20,000 nucleotides of DNA from Tricharina praecox (Eukaryota): assembly GCF_024521635.1 (NCBI RefSeq), contig NW_026250415.1, positions 912,697 through 932,696 of the forward strand, read 5' to 3'. Below, one piece after another: positions 1 through 8,802 of this stretch. The translations under genes were made by a program, and so were the position numbers. How positions within the stretch are numbered: position 1 is the first letter of the stretch; each line of letters starts with the position of its first letter. The notes beneath the pieces are model-generated. The model did not search any database. It was not told the DNA's origin and worked only from the letters and a program-made list of their open reading frames with translations.

Positions 1-5
1 CATAG

Positions 6-366
6 CCATCAGGGAGGGAGCAATCATACTTCTTATACTTGTGCAAATCACACATCTACGGAAGTTGCATACCACCCACATCCCCCCACCCCGCAACCAC
101 GCCGAGCACCCAAGCCAACGCCCATCCCGATTCCCCATCCGGCCCTCCGGTGGTCCCCAAAGGGCCAGCACCAGCACCAGCACCACCGTTAGTTAGCGCC
201 ACACGTAAGTTCCCTGATGAGTTTCAGGGTCCTCCCGATTCCCGAGCACGGGAAACAGCGCAAACACCTGAGCATAAGCGAGAACAAGTAGCTGGTAACT
301 TCACATCCGTCAACCTTGACGCGAGCACGACGCTGCTGATGGTTTCCTTCAGGACGGAGTGGTTGA
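6..366 (+). CDS. Probable 3' end (last exons) of an unidentified Pro-rich protein gene entering from the left edge
   Basis: Possible acceptor TAG at 3-5, then an open frame PSGREQSYFLYLCKSHIYGSC...PKGPAPAPAPP...EHKREQVAG. A plausible 58-nt intron follows at 295-352 (GTAACT ... GCTGAT ... TTCCTTCAG), giving -GRSG* with TGA at 364-366. Unspliced, the frame stays open to 458. No recognisable domain. Confidence 0.35.
165..186. repeat. (CCAGCA)3 hexanucleotide microsatellite
   Basis: ccagca ccagca ccagca ccac read directly; encodes PAPAPAP in the putative left-edge exon. Confidence 0.8.
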
Positions 367-771
367 AAAGCGTCACGGGCAGGTGCGCTTGCCTACATAG
401 CAGAGCTATCCGCTCTGATCAGATTGAGGAGCGGGTCGAGGTCTGGAGCGCTTGTTAAATTCGATCGAGCTTATGGTTGATCTAACTACGGTATCTAACT
501 ATTGCGCTTGAATGCGGTCGAATTGATCGGCGATGGTCCGCAAGCTTGGTAACAATGGGATAATCGGGCTTTTCCATATTGACTGTTGTCGTTACGAGGA
601 GTTATCGGTGTGGGTGTTGTCGTACTCGTACATATTTACATAGGGTGCCGAAAAACGGTGGCGCCTATTGTGATCCGGGATTGGCTGATAAGATGAGCGA
701 GGTTGGTACATAGAGTAGCGACGCCGGGGTGGGGGTGGTGAGAAAGTGGTGAGACTCGAGAGAATGGGCAG

Positions 772-911
772 TGGCCACTGGTCACTGGTGGAGACTGGAG
801 ACCGGAGAAAGGCGGTGATTAATCGGACAGTCTACTGTCTATGTACGAATAGAAATGTCGCTGTGGCGCGTGGCGACCACTGACCACTGAAGATTGGCCA
901 TTGGCCGTTAA
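772..911. repeat. Two degenerate 7-bp-period repeat tracts upstream of YVC1
   Basis: 772-809: tggccac/tggtcac/tgg/tggagac/tggagac/cggagaa. 863-911: gtggcgc/gtggcga/ccactga/ccactga/agattgg/ccattgg/ccgttaa. Confidence 0.6.
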
Positions 912-1070
912 CTGCCGTAGTTACACCGCATCGAGGCATTCCTGGGGAAGCGATGGCTGGCCAGATGCATGCAGAAACAACAACAAGCAACTTTCCTTGT
1001 CGCATGGCGTCACCGCATGAATCCCGCGAGCGCGATTGGAAGGTGGACTTTCCGTAGCACGGGATGGGTA

Positions 1071-1140
1071 CCTCGCCCTCCCCTCCTCTCTCCCCTTCTC
1101 CTCCTTCCCCCCCTCCGACCTCTTCCTGCTCCATCGCTCC
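1071..1140 (+). promoter_or_regulatory. Pyrimidine-rich (CT-box) core promoter/5' leader of YVC1
   Basis: ~70 nt almost entirely C/T ending ~35 nt before the ATG at 1177 (context CAAAATGG); CT boxes are typical of filamentous fungal transcription start regions. Confidence 0.5.
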
Positions 1141-1176
1141 AATTGCGCGCAAAGCCCACCACAGCCAGACTGCAAA

Positions 1177-3431
1177 ATGGTATCCTTTCGCGCCCTCTTC
1201 AGCGCCTCCGACGGTGCCCGCGGCGGCCGCAATGCTAGGGATGGATTCAGCGAGTCCCTGCTCCCCCACCGCGCTCACAAGGGCGTGCACTCTGCTGTCG
1301 ATCCGAAGAGGTATGCGCATGTTTGTTTCGCTGGTTGTGCGGTTGGCGGTGCGCTGATTGCCTGTAACCAGGGTCACGGCGATTGCCCTACGGCTGAAGC
1401 ATCTTATTGAGCACGCCGTGCCGTGTGAGCTCAAGGAAACGCAGATCACGAAGCCGCACAGCGAGGTCATCACTCATGGCGTTATCGAGCTGGCGACGGA
1501 AGCCGGTGGCGTCGAGGATAGAGCTTGTGTGGTGTTTTGTCTGCTCATTTGTTTGCGGTGGTTCAAGAGACAGGGTGGGTTCGCCGATCGGCGCGGCTTC
1601 GGTTTCTCTTTCTCTAGATGCTGACCTGACCTAACCGGGTCGATAGCCATCCTGGAGATGTGCGATGCGGATTTGAACGACCTACGGTGAGTCGTATTCT
1701 GGACACGAGTGATGGCAAGGTCAAGTGGCTGACGTCCCTCAGTGGCGAGGCGTGTCAAGTCATCGCGAAGGCCATAATCGAGACGAACGAAGATCAAGAC
1801 TATGTCTTCCAGGAGATCCTTCTCAAGCGGTACTCTATTCTGCAGAACGGAAAGGAGTCGACTCCCAGCAATGTGATTGAGAAGGCGATTGACCTGCACG
1901 CAACCAGAGTCATCGGGTCTTCCGGTTTCCAGAAGTGTATCCAGTGGCTCTGGAGAGGGTGGATCGCGCAGGACGTCAATAACCCTATGCAGTTCTCCCT
2001 GTACAAGAACATGGCCGAGAAGAACTTTTGGGTGCACTTCGATCATGACCGTATCCGCGCCCCGAGGTATCAGAATATGTTCCAAGTCTTCGTCAGCGTT
2101 CTGTATCTTACGCTCTACACCATTTCTATCAACACCGGTATGTCGCGGTGAGCTGTGCGGAGTATGGTCATGGACTGATTATCTGCGTGTAGTTAATGCT
2201 CGTGGTGATATCGACGTCGAGGAAGCGGTCCTCTATCTACTGACGCTCTCCTTCATTGCCGACGAATTCGGCAAGCTCTGGAAAGTCGGACGCCTTTACA
2301 TCTCTTTTTGGAACGTATTCAATACGACATTGTATGCACTTCTCACCATATCCTTCTCCTTCCGTATGGTTGCTCTGGGTCACCCAATGGACTCGGACGC
2401 CAGACGGGACTACAACATACTTTCGTACAACTTCCTGGCGTCGGCCTCGCCGATGATCTGGTCGCGCATGCTGCTGTATCTCGACTCGATCCGGTTCTTT
2501 GGCGCTATGCTGGTCGTATTGAAGGTTATGATGCTCGAGTCGTTGATCTTCTTTGCGTTACTGTTTGTGGTCATTTTGGGCTTCTTGCAAGGGTTTGTTC
2601 CGCCGACTCCGAAGTGCTGGACGGACTTGGGCTGATCGAGAATAGATTTATGGGCTTGGACAATGCCGACAGCGTCAGGGAGGACACCTACTTCGTCCTC
2701 TCGGCCATGACCAAAGCAATTCTTCAATCTCCAGAATTCGAGGGCTTCGAAAATTTTGGACACCCATTCGGACTGATCCTGTACTACCTATTCACCTTCA
2801 TTGTGATGGTAATCCTGCTCAACATCCTGATTGGTAGGTCCCCTATTGCTTCCCATTCACTTCACCATCTGCTAACACTCCCACAGCCCTCTATGGCCAA
2901 GCCTACAGCGATATAACCGAAAACGCGGTGGACGAGTACCTTGCCCTCTTCGCACACAAAACCCTCCAATTCGTCCGTGCCCCGGACGAAAACGTATTCC
3001 TCCCGCCCTTCAACCTGGTCGAAATATTCGGCTTGATAATACCCTTCGAATGGTGGATGCCCAAGAAGGCCTACGCCAAGCTGAACGACAGAGTCATGGC
3101 CGTCCTGTACTCGCCCTTCCTGCTAATGATCGCCTTGGCGGAGTCCCGCGAGGCCCGCAGGGTCGCCGCGAACCGTGCCGCCGGGAACCCGGACGACGAT
3201 GAGACCGAGGAGTGGGAGGAGCTGCAGGGCGAGGTGGACATGGCTGCCAACGGATGGGCCGAGAGGGTTACGCAGACGGTTCCAGACGTCGAGGAAGATC
3301 GGTGTTGCCAGATGGTGCGCGCACTCGCGAAGGAAGTCGAGGAGCTCAAGAAAATGATTGAAGGCAAGGAGGCGAGGCAGGCAGGAGAGGGCGAGAGGGA
3401 GCTGTTGGCTCTGGAGGAGGCCGAGGAGTAG
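1177..3431 (+). CDS. YVC1: Vacuolar TRP-family Ca2+/cation channel Yvc1 (TRPY1), 634 aa
   Basis: Exons 1177-1310, 1372-1574, 1647-1686, 1743-2137, 2193-2592, 2646-2833, 2887-3431 (1905 nt, in frame, all GT-AG with CTRAY branch sites). Family motifs: ALRLKHLIE..PCEL, VVFCLL..LRWF, AIDLHA..VIGSSGFQKC..WLWRGW, RAPRYQN, FWNVFN, RMLLYLDSIRFFGAMLVVLKVMMLES, VILLNILIALY, FVRAPDENVFLPPFNL, acidic DDDE patch and C-terminal coiled coil. Confidence 0.95.
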
Positions 3432-3862
3432 CTTTGGAGGGAGCATGGGCGATTTGACGAACATATGATATCATGTCTTTACCTGTTAGTTGTGTGCGAG
3501 TAGTAAAATGGCGACGAATACACGATGGTTCGCTGTTGCTAGCTGTGTTGAGGGGGCTGGGTGGTCTTTGGAATCAGATTTTGTGTTGGTGGTTGATCAT
3601 CTGAGTGATTTCGTGTGAATAACTCTGACTGGAGGAGAACGGCTAACCGAAGCGAGTCTGATCTCGTAATCTGAGTTTTCAACTTCGCATGCCGCTACAG
3701 ACTGATGATCTTCGGAGAGTGGGCAGGTTCATCATCGTCGCTTCTACAGATTTCTACAAGTGGAGCAACTGTGATGGATCACTGTCTCCCAGAGGATCCC
3801 GTTTAGGAGCAGACTAGCTAAACCGAGTGATTCCCATGCATGTATGTCTAAACTCCCTTTCT

Positions 3863-3962
3863 CAGCGCCATCAAAGCCACGCAACCCATTCCCGCTCTCG
3901 TTCCTACCGCGCCCAGCGATATCAAAGCCACAAACCCCATTCCATCCTCTTCCTACCGCGCC
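3863..3962. repeat. Imperfect tandem duplication (51 + 49 bp) spanning the HEM4 stop codon
   Basis: Copy A 3863-3913 cagcgccatcaaagccacgcaacccattcccgctctcgttcctaccgcgcc; copy B 3914-3962 cagcgatatcaaagccacaaaccccattccatcctcttcctaccgcgcc. Confidence 0.9.
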
Positions 3963-4834
3963 TCCTTCTCCTTCTCCTCCCTCTCCACAAACTCCCTAAT
4001 CGCCGTCCACACCCCCTCGGGACTGGGCCTAGCCGCCACAACCTCCGGCCTCCTCCCCAGACTTTCCAGATGCTTCTCCGTGGTCGGCCCAATCGCCGCC
4101 CAGAGCGTCCTTCCCGCGTCCTCCGCCCCCTCCGCCCCCTCCATCCCCCTAACAATCTCAACCGCTTGTTCCGCGCCCGCCGGCGAAAAGACAACTATCC
4201 AGCGCTCCTCCCCCATCCCCTCCATCAGCACCCTCGCAAACTCCCCCGCAAACCCCTCCTCCACTTTCGTTTCATAAACCATCAGCTCCTGCAGCTCCAC
4301 CCTCCCCTCCAGGGCCTTCGGAATCCACTCCCCGCGCGCAGCAGAATTACAGAACAGCAGGGGCCTATCCCCCTGCCCCGGCATCTCGCTGCTGTCGCTA
4401 GCGTAGTGCCGTAGTACCACCTCGGCGAGCGCGATCCCCGTCCCGCATCCTTTCCCGTGGATGTTTTCAGCGCGGAAGCCGAGTGCGGCCACGGCAGCCG
4501 CCGTGGCCGGGCCAACGGTGTACACGCTTGTTGACGCGAGGAATGCGTCGGCGGACGCGCGGCCGCAGGGGAGCGTGGATAGTGCCGCAGAGAAAGATGC
4601 GACTGCGCGCTGGGAGGTGATGATGAGGCCACCGTATGGAGACGGCGTGCTGGTTAACAGCGTGCGCAGTGTGGACAGGTTGGTGGGTGTGTGCGAAAGC
4701 ACGGGGATGAAGGTGGGGCGTGAGGGGCCATAAGGAAGAGGGTGTGTTGTGAAGTAGGTGAGGTACGGGTCGGTGGGCTGCGATTGCGTCTTGAGCAGGA
4801 GGATGCGTGTGGGTGTGGGTGTGGGTTGCGACAT
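3953..4834 (-). CDS. HEM4: Uroporphyrinogen-III synthase (HemD/UROS family), 293 aa, intronless
   Basis: ATG at 4834 in good context (ACA ATG T). Motifs RILLLKT...DPY, GGLIITSQRAV, VYTVGPATA, LMVYET (conserved Tyr), WIVVFSPAG, AAIGPTT...L, AARPSPEG. TAG stop at 3955-3953. Confidence 0.93.
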   Translation of the reverse strand: MSQPTPTPTRILLLKTQSQPTDPYLTYFTTHPLPYGPSRPTFIPVLSHTPTNLSTLRTLLTSTPSPYGGLIITSQRAVASFSAALSTLPCGRASADAFLASTSVYTVGPATAAAVAALGFRAENIHGKGCGTGIALAEVVLRHYASDSSEMPGQGDRPLLFCNSAARGEWIPKALEGRVELQELMVYETKVEEGFAGEFARVLMEGMGEERWIVVFSPAGAEQAVEIVRGMEGAEGAEDAGRTLWAAIGPTTEKHLESLGRRPEVVAARPSPEGVWTAIREFVEREEKEKEAR

Positions 4835-5268
4835 TGTCGTTGTCGTCGGGGAGCAGCGGGGTGGGTTGGTGGGGCTATCCCTGGCACTCACTCACACACG
4901 CGATGCACATGGCGTCATAACTTTGAGACTCGACAATGGACGGGACGGGCTGGCATCACTAATTTGAGAGCAGAGTAATAATATGGGATTGCAAAAGAAA
5001 CAAAGACAAGGACACACCAATCCAACAGACCGACCACTCCCAGCATAGGAAAGCGCCTCCAAAGTCGCTCGCATATCGCACAAAAAAAAGCATCCCAAAC
5101 CCGCTGAGGAAAAGAGAGAAAAAAAGAATCAAATCAAATCAATCGAGTAGGTAGCACGAAAGGAAAAAACTCCGAGACATCAAAGGAAAAATGCTGAAGT
5201 AGTGTATCGAGAACAAGATGAGATGAAAACAACAGGGCTTGGAAATGGTAGTTCAGTATGCTTGCGAC

Positions 5269-7654
5269 CTAATGGCCTCCACCCCACACATCGCGCTCGT
5301 TCAGACTTCCGTATACACCAGTCCCATGTGCCGGACCCGAGCCTCCTGCATCATCGTGATCGTCCTTATTCCATGGCGAATCATCGCTGTAGCCATCGAG
5401 TTGAGGAGGGGAAGAAACAGGAGAAGGACTCTTTGCATCCGCGTCAGCGCCAGAAACATCACCATCTTCGTCTCCAATGCTAAACTTGGTATTGTCGATA
5501 GGATCGCCTCTGGCTGTGTCTGTCGTAGATGGAGAGTCGACAGGCGGAGATGACGGTTCGAATCCTTCCCGGATCTCTTCGCCAGCTACCTCCGGAGGGT
5601 ACTGTCGCACGAAACGCTTGGGCTCCAATTCGTTCCATCCAGGTCCGCCCTCCTTCCTGGCTCTAACACGCTCCGTTTCCTCGGCGACTGTATCTTCCAC
5701 GACGAGATCCACAAGCCCGCTCCGTTGAGAGAGTGCCGAAGAAGCCGACGACGAGTGATTGCGGTGAAGAAATGGCTGGCTGGATTCTCCCTTGGACTTT
5801 TTCCTTGGGGAACCCACCGAGGGTGTCCTGGTCCTCGTCTTGGATTTGCCCTTTCTTCCGGTTTCTAGGGTGGGTCGGAGCAGAGCCTGGTTGGTAGCCG
5901 TGGTAATGAGGTCGTCTTGACTGAGGTGGGGATATCCACAGCGGTGGTTGGAGTAGGGTCGGTTTGCCGTGATAACAGGATACTGTTGAAATCAGTCAGT
6001 CGGTGCCAGCGAACTTATAAAACTCGAGGAAAAGAACGCATACGTTGTAATCTCCAAATTCCAGAGACCGAGCACTCTTGTATAGCTTCTCGTCTTCGTC
6101 TTCTATTTCGGTCCCATCCAAAGCACCGTAATCACCGCCTTTCCATTTACGATTCTCTCCGCTCTCCGCACTCGCTGCCGAAACCGTCCTCTCCGTGCTT
6201 GGGCCGGGACCACTAAGCAGACCAGTGCGTGCCGTGGGTTGCGGTATCCAGTATTTGCCCTTACCACCCCGTTCGTATCTCAAGCCTTCCATCATTCTGG
6301 CAACCCCAGTGTTGGACTCGGGATGCGACATCACGCCTTCGCTCGAGTCGAAAAGCCGATACTGATACGACTTTCCTTTGAAAGTCTGCTTTGAATCTTC
6401 AACTAAATCACGGATACCGAATGCGTCCCGGAATGCGTAGTAGACTGGGAGGCGCGCAGCAGAGATGGTCTTGTCTGCGTAGTCCTTCCACGAGAAGGCA
6501 TACCAATGTGCTATTGCGAACCCTGGAAGCTCGAAACAGATCAAGGTGTCTTGGATTGCTCGGGCAATGTTGTCTGGTGTATAGTAACCGACATCATGAA
6601 TTACGCCGAGCCAAACGAGAATCGATAGGAAGAAGCCTTGCCAGTATGAGGCAAAGATGATGAGCTTGATGCAAAGAAACTGTTTGTAGCACTTTAGCAA
6701 AGGGAGGACAGATGTAGGCAATGCAACCAGGGTCTGTATACCTTTGGTACAGGTCGGAATGGTGTAAGATCCCGGGACATGCACACCCAAAATATTCCAA
6801 GTGAGTACAGACTGACTGAAACAGAAATATTGTAGACGATTCCACTCCAAAAGTATCCACTCTTTAGACCAACGTAACCTTCCTGGTAAGTATCGGTGGC
6901 CTTCATAATAATCGCAGCCAGGGCCAACGGCGGTTTTAACCATGCATACTGTAGAATGCCGCGTTTTACAGCAAGGAACGTGTGCGGGTCGCTGATGTCC
7001 ACCTTGGGAAAGATGTAGTTCATTGGCCAGACATGTTCCTTCGGCGCACGCCCATGCATCATGATGATCAGGGAACGCTCGCCACCGAGGAAGTTGATGA
7101 GAAGTTGGAAGAAGGTGTAGATGGTGAACGCTTCATACATATCGCGAATCGGCTCGACGAATTGCGCCGCAGTCAGGGACATGAGCGAGACCCATGACGA
7201 AATCGCGTAAATGGGGACCATGAGCAGGATACGGACGACATAACGCTGAAGGAGTGGCTTGCGGTAGTTTTTACTGAGCACCTGTCAGTACCGGTACGGA
7301 GGAAGGAGTAGAGCGCGTTGTCGCAAGGGAGGTGGGCGGTATGTACAATTGATACCAAATCGACCTTGTGTATTTGTCAGTGTCCTACGTCATGTGAAGG
7401 GGAGGAGCGGGGAGGGTAGCTGCATACAAACATGACAAAACCGTAGCTACCAGCGAAGCTATTCCGGCGAGGATGATAGCGATGGTGCCTGATCGAAGAA
7501 GGTCGCATCATTAGCTGCGAAGAACGAACGTGGGTCTACCTGGGGCCCGCCCGAGATACGCACTTAGTTTGGTAGTGCCACTTCCACTTCCCAGGGCGGA
7601 GGGGTTGTTGGAGGTCGAAACCGAGAAGGACGAGGGGGAAGCGTAATAATCCAT
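5269..7654 (-). CDS. HFL1: TMEM184/OSTalpha (DUF300) family multi-pass membrane protein, Hfl1 orthologue, 683 aa
   Basis: Exons 7654-7564, 7488-7428, 7364-7347 (18-nt microexon), 7273-6742, 6679-6044, 5982-5269 (2052 nt, in frame). Motifs KNYRKPLLQRYVVRILLMVPIY, RDMYEAFTIYTFFQLL..FLGGERS, KRGILQY..LKP, FRPVPKFLCIKLIIFASYWQG, QDTLICFE, HWYAFSW, GLRYERGGKGKYWIP, FGDYNYPVI, then a long disordered tail. Confidence 0.92.
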
Positions 7655-8792
7655 GACGAACGGGAATGCGCGCGCGCGTTGGGAGGTGAAGGGTGCTCGG
7701 GCAGGCAGGCTGTTGATCTGCTTGCTAGATAATCTTTTTTGGAGGGAGAGCTCGAGAGAGCAGGATGATGGCCCAGTAGGAGGGGAATCTAGAGGGCGAC
7801 AGGAGGAGACACTCTGGAATCGCCTTCTCTCATGGCGGGGACGGGGTAATCGCGAGGGGGAGAAGAGAACGAGAGTGCGAGCGAGTGGAGGATGAGTCGA
7901 AGACGTATGAGTTGCGATAGTTCGTATGCAGGCAGATACTGATATAGAAATCAGCTGCAGTTCGATATGTACCGCGATAACTATTCTCCTGGCCGTGTGC
8001 TTGGTTGGTGACGAGAAAGGGTATTCGGTGCTTGGTATCTCTAGCAGGTGTTTCAAACATCTTGATTGGAGGAAGCTGCAGCTGGGGTCTGTGTGTGTGC
8101 GTTGCGTCAGAGCCTGCAGTCTAGGGGCCTGTTGCGGCTTATGTGCAGACGCCTTCGCGCTTAGCCGGTGCGCGACCCGGCCGCTGTGGACGCCGCAAGG
8201 AAGCTGTAGATACGCTGACGATCGGCCATCTAGAGTAGAGAGGCAGCAGACCATCTGGAAAGGCTCCAGGCCAGAGGCGATGGCATTTAACCAGGATAGT
8301 TATGTAAAGTGTTGAGGACATCGAGATCAGCACTGCAGACTGGGGACTTGGATTTGGTGGAGTTGCCAGACCGACAACGCTCGAGTACCGTAGGACGGGT
8401 CACAACGGTCGGCCCGTTGCGCACCACCTTCGGTTCGCATGGAGTACTCAAGCACAAGCTTTCGGGTGGATCGAACCGGACCCAGCTCAAGTAGACCGAA
8501 TTTCCATTGAATGTTCAATCCACAGCCGACGTGTGGCTCAGTCGGCTTGGCGTGGCGATATGTGGCGTTTTTGAGATGAACCTGCTCCCGTTGAGGGTGC
8601 GTACCGTTCATGCTGCCATCCCTGTCCTCATTTGATATCGCGACTTGCCTCGGATAGTTCTCCCCTAGACTTCGAGCATCGCGACAAGAATCCCAGCAAA
8701 CAAGAGGCGATCATCAACTACACAGAACCACCAACTGAGATCCTGTCCTTCCCGAACCCACTCCGCCCCTCGTTCATGCTTCGCCGAGCTTC
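7655..8792. promoter_or_regulatory. Divergent (head-to-head) intergenic region shared by HFL1 and CSF1
   Basis: 1138 bp between oppositely oriented start codons. The + strand is purine-rich near HFL1 (CT-rich leader on -) and C/A-rich near CSF1. Confidence 0.65.
7789..7833 (-). other. Candidate uORF in HFL1 leader (MREGDSRVSPPVAL*)
   Basis: ATG in context CCCGCC ATG A, 14 codons plus TAG, ending 134 nt upstream of the HFL1 ATG. Whether it lies within the transcript is unknown. Confidence 0.4.
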
Positions 8793-8802
8793 ATGGCCGT
8801 GA
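8776..8802 (+). other. Candidate overlapping uORF across the CSF1 start (MLRRASWP*)
   Basis: Out-of-frame ATG at 8776, 17 nt before the CSF1 ATG at 8793; its TGA (8800-8802) lies downstream of the main start. Confidence 0.45.

Noticed and set aside
214..256. Hammerhead-ribozyme-like CTGATGAG ... GAAAC
   Set aside because: Stem II cannot close (G rather than C precedes GAAA), CTGATGA is sequestered in its own CCCTGA/TCAGGG hairpin, and I could not build stems I/III around an NUH site.
832..1473. 213-aa minus-strand ORF and other ORFs overlapping the YVC1 5' end
   Set aside because: Antisense to YVC1 exons, intron and CT box; the EEVGGGEGGEGE stretch is simply the complement of the CT tract; no domain.
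3429..3503. Cryptic peroxisomal (PTS1) read-through extension after the YVC1 stop; the other stops were checked likewise
   Set aside because: No TGA-CTA read-through context, and the YVC1, HEM4 and HFL1 extensions do not end in an SKL-like tripeptide.
3595..3740. Box C/D snoRNA-like signals (several CTGA, a TGATGA, an 11-nt wobble complement to an 18S-like sequence) between the convergent YVC1 and HEM4 ends
   Set aside because: Box order is wrong (TGATGA lies downstream of the CTGA boxes), there is no terminal stem, and the short complementarity is not adjacent to a D box and is at chance level.
4835..4891. GTG-initiated 19-residue extension of HEM4 in the ORF track
   Set aside because: Eukaryotic gene; the ATG at 4834 has good context and directly precedes the conserved N-terminal strand.
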